A stretch of 64,000 nt of DNA from Candidatus Altiarchaeota archaeon (lineage in GTDB: Archaea; Altiarchaeota; Altiarchaeia; IMC4; QMZM01). The first letter of the stretch is position 1, and every line of letters begins with the position of its first letter. The position numbers and the translations under genes are program-made. The DNA lies in contig JAFGDV010000002.1 of NCBI GenBank assembly GCA_016931955.1, positions 38,545 through 102,544 on the forward strand, given 5' to 3'. Of this stretch, positions 45,316 through 53,700 are shown piece by piece. The notes under the pieces were generated by a model. That model made no database searches, had not been told where the DNA came from, and saw only the letters and a list, made by a program, of their open reading frames with translations.

Positions 45316-46748
45316 GCGAGATAATAATAGACCCCATGACGAGGTTGGAGGGTCACGGAAAGGTTACCATCGAACTAGACGACGGAGGCAAGGTGAAGGA
45401 TGCAAGGTTCTCGATAGTCTACCTGAGAGGCTTTGAGAAGTTCCTTGAAGGCTGCGCCCTGGAGGATCTTCCAAAGTTCACCCCAAGGATATGCGGCGTC
45501 TGCCCGGTCGCACATCACATGGCGAGTGCCAAGGCATGTGACGCAGTCCTAAAAGCCAAGCTGACGGAGACCGGAGAAAAGATCAGACGCCTATGGTACG
45601 CAGTCAACGGCGTGCACGACAAGATGTTGATATTAGCGGGCACAGGCGCTCCAGATCTGTTGCTGCCGGATGCAAACCAGAAGACGAGGAACGTGATAAC
45701 CTTGATAACGAAGAACCCTGAGCTCGGTAAGAAGATCCTCGAACTAAGGAAGTTCGGCCAAGAGAGTAATAGAGTAATATCAGGAAAAGCCATCCACCCA
45801 TTTACTGCAGTACCTGGCGGCGTCTCCTTCAAGGTGACAGAGGACCAAGTCAAACAGATCAAAAAGCTGGGGAAGAACGCACTACATATTGCAACAGAGG
45901 TGGTAGAGCTGATAAAGGATAAAACCTATGAACTTGTAGAAAAAAAAGGCGACCTCTTGGAGAAATTAGGTAATGTCGAGACGAACTACTTGGGTTTGAG
46001 GGCTTCGGATGGGACAAGCGACCACTATGATGGCGATGTTGCTTTCATGGATTCAAAGGGGAAGATCACGGAATTCCATCCATCGGATTACCTGAATTAT
46101 CTGGCTGAGAACACCTCTGATTACTCCTTCGGCAAGTATCCCTACTGGAAGGCCTTAGGTTTCCCTGAGGGGATCATAAGGGTCGGTCCACTAGCGAGGT
46201 TGAATGTTGCTGAGAAACTGAGCACACCTAAGGCGCAGGAGTACTTTGAAGACTTCAGGAAATCCTTCGGCAGACCAGCGCATGTGACCATGCTATACCA
46301 CTACGCCCGCGCTATCGAGTTGTTGAATTGTGCGGAGATGGCAATGGACCTCTTAGATGATCCCGCAATTCTAGGTGACGACACCATAGGCAGCATGGGT
46401 CCGCTTGGAGCAGGTCAAGGCGTTGGCATAGTGGAAGCCCCAAGAGGGACTTTAATACACCACTATGAGACAGACGAAAAGGGTCTTGTAAAGGACATCA
46501 ACCTGATTGTTGCCACGACATTCAACAATGCACCAATAGACAGGGATATCAAGGCTGCATCTCAGAAGCTGATAACCAGCAAGTCGCCTAATGAGAAGAT
46601 ACTGAACACTATAGAGATGGTTGCAAGGGCATATGATCCCTGCCTCTCATGTGCTGCACACAGCGTTGACGGCGGCTATCCCCTGAAGATAGAGATATAT
46701 GACTCGGAGGGTAATAGGGTGGGGGAGATAAGCAATACACGGAGGTGA
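45312..46748 (+). CDS. mvhA: [NiFe]-hydrogenase large subunit, MvhA/group 3c-like, intact active site
   Basis: TRLEGH, L1 RICGVCPVAH, EAPRG, L2 RAYDPCLSCAAH followed by a cleavable C-terminal extension. Confidence 0.92.
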   Translation: MSEIIIDPMTRLEGHGKVTIELDDGGKVKDARFSIVYLRGFEKFLEGCALEDLPKFTPRICGVCPVAHHMASAKACDAVLKAKLTETGEKIRRLWYAVNGVHDKMLILAGTGAPDLLLPDANQKTRNVITLITKNPELGKKILELRKFGQESNRVISGKAIHPFTAVPGGVSFKVTEDQVKQIKKLGKNALHIATEVVELIKDKTYELVEKKGDLLEKLGNVETNYLGLRASDGTSDHYDGDVAFMDSKGKITEFHPSDYLNYLAENTSDYSFGKYPYWKALGFPEGIIRVGPLARLNVAEKLSTPKAQEYFEDFRKSFGRPAHVTMLYHYARAIELLNCAEMAMDLLDDPAILGDDTIGSMGPLGAGQGVGIVEAPRGTLIHHYETDEKGLVKDINLIVATTFNNAPIDRDIKAASQKLITSKSPNEKILNTIEMVARAYDPCLSCAAHSVDGGYPLKIEIYDSEGNRVGEISNTRR

Positions 46749-46781
46749 TCCCTCATTTTTACTTTAATTGCGTGATCTAAA

Positions 46782-46991
46782 ATGGTGAAGATTAAAATCA
46801 AAAACGTGCAAACAAGGCAGGTTGATGTATTCGACGTCGAGGAACGTGACACGATGAAGGATGTCCTGCAGGCGATGGGCTTCAAGGTGGATGACTTTTT
46901 CATAACCGACGACCAGACAGGCCGCTTCTTCGACCCACGCATTAAATTCGGCGACACCGACAAGCGCTCCTTCGGTATCCTGAAGAAATAA
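46782..46991 (+). CDS. Small beta-grasp (ubiquitin-like) protein without C-terminal diglycine
   Basis: beta-beta-alpha pattern; DVEERDTMKDV parallels ubiquitin EVEPSDTIENV. Confidence 0.5.
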   Translation: MVKIKIKNVQTRQVDVFDVEERDTMKDVLQAMGFKVDDFFITDDQTGRFFDPRIKFGDTDKRSFGILKK

Positions 46992-47010
46992 AACCCCTTA
47001 CTTCTTTTTT

Positions 47011-47514
47011 TTAATCTAATCTGAAGCCTCCGTGTTTCCTGAAGTGCGCAGCTAATCCTCCGTCTCCAAGAATCCTCAGCATGAAATCAGGCATCGGCTT
47101 AACATTCAGTTTTTTATCTATTGTCTTGTCTTCGATAACGCCTACTTCCAGGTCCACCTCAAGCAGGTCTCCTCCCCCTATTTCATCTGCCCCATTACAT
47201 TCTATCGCTGGTAGCCCAATGTTTATCGAATTCCTGTAGAATATTCTGGCGAAGGATTCCGCAATCACTGCCGATATCCCCGCATACTTTATCGCTAACG
47301 GTGCTTGTTCTCTCGAGCTGCCGCAGCCGAAGTTTCTCCCAGCCACGATGAAATCACCTCCCCCTATCTTCTTGTAGAATTCAGGATCCAGGTCTTCTAA
47401 CACATGCTTAGCCAATTCTTTATCATCGAGAGTCTTGAACTTGTATCTTCCAGAGATTATCAAATCCGTGTTGACGTCGTCTCCCACCTTATGGGCTCTT
47501 CCCTTGAACCTCAT
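47011..47514 (-). CDS. 3-isopropylmalate/homoaconitate dehydratase small subunit (LeuD/HacB family)
   Basis: [34 protein letters not shown]. Confidence 0.93.
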   Translation of the reverse strand: MRFKGRAHKVGDDVNTDLIISGRYKFKTLDDKELAKHVLEDLDPEFYKKIGGGDFIVAGRNFGCGSSREQAPLAIKYAGISAVIAESFARIFYRNSINIGLPAIECNGADEIGGGDLLEVDLEVGVIEDKTIDKKLNVKPMPDFMLRILGDGGLAAHFRKHGGFRLD

Positions 47515-47611
47515 GTTAATGATTAGAACCAGGGGTATAAATCAAACGCCGATGAGAATTCATTCCTTGTAACTTTTTCTATATAAAAAAACAATATCCT
47601 AACAAGAAAGA

Positions 47612-47932
47612 ATGGCAGACGATAAATCCATGCTTGTCAGGATAATGGGTGACCACCCAAGCATCAGGATCCTGGACTTCCTGATAGACAACAAGAACTT
47701 CGACTACTCCAAAACGGACGCCTGTGAGGGGGCTAACGTGAGCCCAGGCTCTTTATACAAGATCTGGCACAATCTGGAGGAATCAGAGATCGTCGTAAAG
47801 ACGAGACAGTATGGTGCGACAAAACTTTACAGGCTGAACAAGGAAAACCCATTAGTCAAAAAGTTGCTGGAATTGGATCTAGAATTATGTAGACAGTATG
47901 CGCAATTCGAAGCCGCTTCTACGCCGGCATAA
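47612..47932 (+). CDS. Winged-helix DNA-binding protein
   Basis: RILDFLI-SKTD-SLYKIW-LEESEIV-TKLYRLN pattern. Confidence 0.7.
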   Translation: MADDKSMLVRIMGDHPSIRILDFLIDNKNFDYSKTDACEGANVSPGSLYKIWHNLEESEIVVKTRQYGATKLYRLNKENPLVKKLLELDLELCRQYAQFEAASTPA

Positions 47933-48328
47933 TCAAGCATTCCTTAGCTTCTCTGCTTCTTTGTTGAGGTCTACTTCCGTCTTAGGGTAGTTGCTCTGCG
48001 GGAATCCACTGATACCATCTCCTTCCTTTGAAGGGAACAACGCTATGTGTAAATGATGTATTCTCCCGCCTCGGATGAACATGCACACGTAATCGGGCTT
48101 ATAGGTTTTCTTTATCTTCTTAGCGACCTTCTTCGCCGCAGTGAATAATCTTCCTAAATCCCCATCATCCATCTCATAGAATCTCTCCACGTGTTTCTTC
48201 GGCACCAACAGGCAGTGCCCTGGAGCACAGGGCTGAATATCCAGTACGCCTACACAGAAGTCGTCCTCGTAGACCCTCCAAGACCCTATCTCTCCCCTAA
48301 CCAGCTTACACAGTATGCAGTCTCCCAT
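47933..48328 (-). CDS. HIT family nucleotide hydrolase (third His of the triad replaced)
   Basis: CILC N-terminus, LDIQPCAPGHCLLVPKKH, HHLHIALFP. Confidence 0.85.
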   Translation of the reverse strand: MGDCILCKLVRGEIGSWRVYEDDFCVGVLDIQPCAPGHCLLVPKKHVERFYEMDDGDLGRLFTAAKKVAKKIKKTYKPDYVCMFIRGGRIHHLHIALFPSKEGDGISGFPQSNYPKTEVDLNKEAEKLRNA

Positions 48329-48367
48329 ATTCCCATCATGGATTATTAGATCGCCTGAACTATTAAG

Positions 48368-48381
48368 TAAAGTATTTATAT
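48368..48381 (+). promoter_or_regulatory. BRE/TATA promoter of the histidine-kinase array
   Basis: AAAGTATTTATAT about 25 nt upstream of ATG 48403. Confidence 0.6.
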
Positions 48382-48402
48382 CCTCAAGGAGAAGAAGATA
48401 AT

Positions 48403-49989
48403 ATGTTCTCCAAGTTATTCAATTGGTTGGTTAAGCGGATGCCGTACACTTCCGCCCTTGTCTTGATCTGTTTTACCTGGGCTATCCTGGTCACCGTCTT
48501 CGGAGCCTTACTGGTCATCATCGGCGCCAGGGAAAATTTTGAGGTTACTGGAACCAGAGACCTATATTTGATGCTCTATTTCGGTGGTGTTTCAATGGCT
48601 TCCACCCTCATCCTGATAGAATACAGCATCCTCCGCGTTTTCGGGATCAGGTTTGAGAGGAAAGAGTTCACTCCACTAAACGACAACATCGTGGACGGTC
48701 ACTTCAGAGAGAATATCTCAGATGATGACCTTGTGAAGGCCTACTATGCTCTCGTCAACCTAACCAAGTGGAAGGAGACACGGGATGTCGTCTATGCTCA
48801 GATAGTCGTCTTCGGCGCCGCCTTCGGGGAGTGGCTTATCAGCGGACAGTTGATGAACGTGCCCATCATCTTTGTAGGCAGCGAAATCGCGGTTTTTTCG
48901 CTTTACGTGTATGCTGCCGTCTTCCATGACACCATAACCTCTCCAGCTAGGAGGGAATGCAAGCTTCTCATGGCTGAACGAGGAATACCATTCAAAGAAA
49001 CCCCCATGTTGAGTCTGAGGACTAAGTCAAGGTTCTTCATTGCCTTGATTGGCTTGGCTCTTCTAGCGATCCTTATCCTGATAAAGCCCTTTAATCCGTT
49101 GATTGTGGTCCTCGCCTTGATAACCCTCGCCATAGTCAGCATGTTAAACGACTTCGTATCTAAGTCTATTCAAACAGAATTTGAGGAGATTAAGGAGTCA
49201 GCCCATAGCTTGGCGGAAGGCAAAAAGGCGCTGTTTTTCTCAGGCAGCTCTGACAGGGAGATGTTTGATCTAACGCAGAGTTTGAATAAAACCGCCGGAG
49301 AGATAACAGATTACCAGAGATCCCTTAAAGAAAAGATAAATGAATTGGAGGAGTATATGTCTGTGGCTTCACACGACCTCCAGCAGCCCCTGGCGACGAT
49401 TCAGGCTTATACGCAGATTCTTAAGGTGGTTGAACAGGATGATGAGAAACTGAAGAAAGTCAAGGTCGTTGAATCCCAGGCAGACTTCATGAGGGAGATG
49501 CTCAATGATCTACTGGAGTACTCCCGCGCCAAAAAGACTATGGAATACGAAGAAGTGAAGCTCCATAAAGTCCTTGAGGAAATCAGAGAACACCTGAAAG
49601 TGCAGATACAAGAAAAAGAAGCTAAGATAATATTCAAAGACATTCCTGAAACAATAATAGGACAACCTAAGAGAATAGAGCAACTATTCCTGAACCTAAT
49701 AGGCAATGCAATAAAGTACTCAGACAAACCGATAATAGAAGCAGGCTGCACCGACCGAGAACAGGAATACGAATTCTACGTAAAAGACAACGGAAGAGGA
49801 ATAGAACAAAAATACCACGAAAAAATATTCAAACCATTCTGGAAGCTCGGCAAAGAACCAGGAACCGGAATGGGTCTCGCAATATGCAAAACCGTGGTCG
49901 AAAACCACGGAGGAAAAATCTGGATAGAATCCACCCCAGGAAAAGGCTCAACATTCAAATTCACAATACCAAAAAAACAGGGGGGATGA
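48403..49989 (+). CDS. Membrane sensor histidine kinase HK1 (multi-TM, HAMP-like, HisKA, HATPase)
   Basis: SHDLQQPL H box, NLIGNA N box, DNGRG G1, GTGMGL G2. Confidence 0.92.
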   Translation: MFSKLFNWLVKRMPYTSALVLICFTWAILVTVFGALLVIIGARENFEVTGTRDLYLMLYFGGVSMASTLILIEYSILRVFGIRFERKEFTPLNDNIVDGHFRENISDDDLVKAYYALVNLTKWKETRDVVYAQIVVFGAAFGEWLISGQLMNVPIIFVGSEIAVFSLYVYAAVFHDTITSPARRECKLLMAERGIPFKETPMLSLRTKSRFFIALIGLALLAILILIKPFNPLIVVLALITLAIVSMLNDFVSKSIQTEFEEIKESAHSLAEGKKALFFSGSSDREMFDLTQSLNKTAGEITDYQRSLKEKINELEEYMSVASHDLQQPLATIQAYTQILKVVEQDDEKLKKVKVVESQADFMREMLNDLLEYSRAKKTMEYEEVKLHKVLEEIREHLKVQIQEKEAKIIFKDIPETIIGQPKRIEQLFLNLIGNAIKYSDKPIIEAGCTDREQEYEFYVKDNGRGIEQKYHEKIFKPFWKLGKEPGTGMGLAICKTVVENHGGKIWIESTPGKGSTFKFTIPKKQGG

Positions 49990-49990
49990 G

Positions 49991-50356
49991 ATGGTTAAGG
50001 TTCTCGTAGTTGACGACTATGCTCCGCTTAGAGAGATTGCAGTCATGATCCTGAAGTCTAAGGGTTTCGATGAAGTGTTTGAAGCGGAGAGCCCGGAGGA
50101 GGGGATGAGGTTATTCGAGGAACATAAGCCAGAGCTTGTCATATTAGATATAATAATGCCTGTCACCAATGGAATAGACTTGGCTGCGGAGATCAAGAAA
50201 GTTAATCCAGAAACTAAGGTGGTCATGCTCAGTGTCTTGGGCGAGAACACTCATGGAAAGAAACGAGTAGAGGAGGTGGCTGATCTTTACTTGGTGAAAC
50301 CTTTAACCCATGAAAAAGTCGATAAAATCAAGGAGATACTAGACTCAGGGCCTTGA
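49991..50356 (+). CDS. Single-domain response regulator
   Basis: VVDD, ILDIIMP, MLSV, LVKPL. Confidence 0.9.
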   Translation: MVKVLVVDDYAPLREIAVMILKSKGFDEVFEAESPEEGMRLFEEHKPELVILDIIMPVTNGIDLAAEIKKVNPETKVVMLSVLGENTHGKKRVEEVADLYLVKPLTHEKVDKIKEILDSGP

Positions 50357-50363
50357 TAAAAAA

Positions 50364-52025
50364 ATGTTCTTTAGATTGTTCGAATGGTTGGTGAAGAGGA
50401 CTCCTTATACCCTAGCATTTATTACTCTTGGTTTTTCTTGGACTGCATTGGTTGCGAGTTTTGGCGCTTTATTGATTATCATTGGGGCTGATTTTGAAGC
50501 CACTGGGACAAGGGATATTTTTCTCTTGCTTTTGGCGGAAACGGTAGGAATTGCTTCCTTCCTCACCTTCTGGGAATACGGTATCTTCCGGCTTGTTGGG
50601 ATAAAATGGGAGAGAAGAGAATTCACGGTTCTTAACGAGAATATCATCCAAGGTCATTTTCGGCAGGATGTTTCCAATGAAGCGCTTTTAGAGGCCTATG
50701 ATTCTCTTAAACAAATAACAAGATGGACAGTACTCAAAAATATTCAATACGGTCAGATAGTAGCTTCTTTTACTGCCTTGGGGGAATGGTTGTTTAGTGG
50801 TCAATTAACAAATGTCCCAATCATATTTGTTGGGCTTAACATTGCTACTATTTCACTTTATATATATGGGGCTGTCTTCTATGACTCAATGACCTCCCCA
50901 GCTAGGAGGGAGTGTAAGAGGCTTTTAGCTCAGAGGGGCATTCAATTTGATGAGTCTTCTTTCCTGAGCCTAAGGACTAAATCAAGGTTCTTCCTTACCT
51001 TGATAGGCTTCGCTCTTTTAGCAATGTTGATCATCATCAAGCCATTTAACCCGCTTAGTGTAGTGCTCGCCGTTACTACCTTAGTTATAATCGGCTTACT
51101 GAACGACTTGGTATTTAGGTCTATCTACATGGAATTCACTGAAGTCGAAGAATCGGCCAAGAATCTAGCGGAAGGCAGGGAAGCATTATTTTTCTCAGGC
51201 AGCTCAGACAAAGAAATACTTGACCTGTCAGAGAGCCTGAATGAAACCGCTCAAGAGATCAGGGAATATGAAAAAGCCCTTGAGGAGGAGAAGGCCTCCC
51301 TAGAGATCAAGGTAAAGGATAGAACCAAGGAGTTGGAGGAGCTAACCAAGAGCCTTGAGGAGAAGGTAGAGAAAAGAACCCATGAGCTCCAAGACAGAAT
51401 TGAAGAGCTTGAAGAGTATACTTCTGTTACTTCCCACGACCTGCAACAACCCCTAGCGACAATTCAGGCATATACGCAGCTTAGTGTGCAGAATGCTAAG
51501 GTGATTGAGTCTCAGGCGAACTTCATGAGGAATTTACTTGAGGACTTGTTAAGCTATTCACGGATAAAGGAGAAGGCGCCCTCCGAAGAAGTAAAACTCC
51601 TGGAAGTCTTAGATGAAGCAAAAGAGCACCTGTCAGCGCAGATACAAGAGAAAGAAGCGGAAATAACACTCAAAGACATTCCAGACACCATCACTGGACA
51701 GCCTAAGAGGATAGAGCAACTATTCTTGAACCTGATCGGGAACGCAATAAAATACACTGATGATAAGCCGGTGATTGAAGTAGGATGCACAGAACAAGAA
51801 CAAGAATACCTATTCTGGATCAGAGACAATGGTAGAGGAATCGAACAAAAATACTTCGAGAAAATATTCAAACCCTTCTGGAAGCTCGGCAAAGAACCCG
51901 GAACCGGAATGGGGTTGGCGATCTGCAAAGCAGTAGTGGAAAACCACGGAGGAAAAATCTGGATAGAATCCACCCCAGGAAAAGGCTCAACATTCAAGTT
52001 CACAATACCCAAGAAGAAAACATAG
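50364..52025 (+). CDS. Membrane sensor histidine kinase HK2
   Basis: Same H/N/G boxes; extended coiled-coil linker. Confidence 0.92.
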   Translation: MFFRLFEWLVKRTPYTLAFITLGFSWTALVASFGALLIIIGADFEATGTRDIFLLLLAETVGIASFLTFWEYGIFRLVGIKWERREFTVLNENIIQGHFRQDVSNEALLEAYDSLKQITRWTVLKNIQYGQIVASFTALGEWLFSGQLTNVPIIFVGLNIATISLYIYGAVFYDSMTSPARRECKRLLAQRGIQFDESSFLSLRTKSRFFLTLIGFALLAMLIIIKPFNPLSVVLAVTTLVIIGLLNDLVFRSIYMEFTEVEESAKNLAEGREALFFSGSSDKEILDLSESLNETAQEIREYEKALEEEKASLEIKVKDRTKELEELTKSLEEKVEKRTHELQDRIEELEEYTSVTSHDLQQPLATIQAYTQLSVQNAKVIESQANFMRNLLEDLLSYSRIKEKAPSEEVKLLEVLDEAKEHLSAQIQEKEAEITLKDIPDTITGQPKRIEQLFLNLIGNAIKYTDDKPVIEVGCTEQEQEYLFWIRDNGRGIEQKYFEKIFKPFWKLGKEPGTGMGLAICKAVVENHGGKIWIESTPGKGSTFKFTIPKKKT

Positions 52026-52035
52026 AAGATAAAAA

Positions 52036-53700
52036 ATGTTTTATGGGATATTTAATTGGTTTGTGAAGAGGCTTCCGTATAGTCTAGCAGTGATGATCTT
52101 CAGTTTTATTTTGAGTGCTTTGATGATCGTCTTCGTTGCCTGGTTTATTCTGATCGGGACTGATATTGAGTCTGAAGGAACCGCTGGTGTTGTGATATCC
52201 GCTCTTTTCTTGGCAGGGTTTGTCTCCTTCATATTATGTATCATAGAATACGGTTACGGCATCTCTTTTGGACTGGAGGGGAAAAGAAAGGGTTTCAAGG
52301 TCCTCAACGACAACATCATAGAGGGGCGCATTAGACAGGATATATCTGACCAGGCACTCTTAGAGGTCTACGACGCCCTTAAAAAAATAAACAGGTGGAT
52401 ATTGAGCAGACATATGTTATATGCTAACTCCATAGCAACCGCTGGTGCTTTAGCAGAACTGCTGACAAGTGGGAATTTAATGAATGCAGTTATCATTTGG
52501 GCTATTGGATTAATCTGGGGCAATATAGCAGTCATAACAGGAATCGCCTATGACCTATTCACTCTCCCAGCTAGGCGTGAATGCAAGCTGCTCTTGAATT
52601 CGAGAGGCATCCCCTTCAAGGACGACGCCTATTTCCTTGGTCTTAGGATTAAATCCGACCTATTCATCATCTTAACTGCCTTTGGTTTGGGTGTGATTTT
52701 ATTGATTTTCCGCCCAATCACCTGGGAGCTTGTAGTATCTGCCGCCATCATCCTCCTCACCGTTGTCTTATTAACTAAGCTAGTATTCGAGACCATCTAT
52801 GCCGCGTTATTGGAGATTAAAGACTTAGCCAGTGATCTGGAGCATGGAAGGAAGGTTTCTTTCTTCACCGGCAGCTTGGACCGGGAAATCGTGGACCTGT
52901 CTAAGAGCCTGAATGTCGCAGCTGATGAGATCTACTTTACTAAGAAGGCCCTTGAGGAAGAGAAGACTTCCCTGGAGCTTAAGGTTGAAGATAGGACTAA
53001 GGAGTTGAAGGGACTTAATGAGAGCCTGGAGGAGAAGGTAAAAGAGAGAACTAAAGAGCTTGAGGGGAAGATAGGTGAGTTGGAGGAGTATACCTCCGTC
53101 ACCTCCCATGACCTCCAGCAGCCACTTGCTGCGATTCAAGCCTACACACAGCTCACTCAAAAAAATGCTAAGATGATAGAATCCCAGGCGAACTTCATGA
53201 GAGAGTTGCTTGAGGACTTGTTAAGTTATTCACGAATAAAGGAGAAGGCACCCTCTGAGGAAGTGAAACTCCAAGATATATTGAAAGAGGTAAAAGAACA
53301 CCTGAAAGTGCAGATACAAGAAAAAAACGCAGAGATAACACTCAAAGACATACCTGAAACAATAACAGGACAACCTAAGAGGATAGAGCAACTATTCCTA
53401 AACCTGATCAGCAACGCATTGAAATACACCGACGGAAAAACAACAATTGAGGTCGGCTGCGAGGGGGGAGAGAGGGAATATGAATTCTGGGTGAAGGACA
53501 ATGGTATAGGAATCGAACAAAAATACTTCGAGAAAATATTCAAACCCTTCTGGAAGCTCGGCAAAGAACCCGGAACCGGAATGGGCCTCGCCATATGCAA
53601 AGCAGTAGTGGAAAACCACGGAGGAAAAATCTGGATAGAATCCACCCCAGGAAAAGGCTCAACATTCAAATTCACAATACCCAAGAAAAATGTTCCTTAG
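52036..53700 (+). CDS. Membrane sensor histidine kinase HK3
   Basis: Same H/N/G boxes; extended coiled-coil linker. Confidence 0.92.
   Translation: MFYGIFNWFVKRLPYSLAVMIFSFILSALMIVFVAWFILIGTDIESEGTAGVVISALFLAGFVSFILCIIEYGYGISFGLEGKRKGFKVLNDNIIEGRIRQDISDQALLEVYDALKKINRWILSRHMLYANSIATAGALAELLTSGNLMNAVIIWAIGLIWGNIAVITGIAYDLFTLPARRECKLLLNSRGIPFKDDAYFLGLRIKSDLFIILTAFGLGVILLIFRPITWELVVSAAIILLTVVLLTKLVFETIYAALLEIKDLASDLEHGRKVSFFTGSLDREIVDLSKSLNVAADEIYFTKKALEEEKTSLELKVEDRTKELKGLNESLEEKVKERTKELEGKIGELEEYTSVTSHDLQQPLAAIQAYTQLTQKNAKMIESQANFMRELLEDLLSYSRIKEKAPSEEVKLQDILKEVKEHLKVQIQEKNAEITLKDIPETITGQPKRIEQLFLNLISNALKYTDGKTTIEVGCEGGEREYEFWVKDNGIGIEQKYFEKIFKPFWKLGKEPGTGMGLAICKAVVENHGGKIWIESTPGKGSTFKFTIPKKNVP
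53295..53378 (+). repeat. 84-bp block identical between HK3 and HK5 (second copy 56495-56578)
   Basis: AGAACACCTGAAAGTG through GGACAACCTAA reads identically at both positions. Confidence 0.85.
53508..53585 (+). repeat. 78-bp block identical between HK3 and HK2 (other copy 51836-51913)
   Basis: AGGAATCGAACAAAAATAC through CCGGAATGGG reads identically at both positions. Confidence 0.85.
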
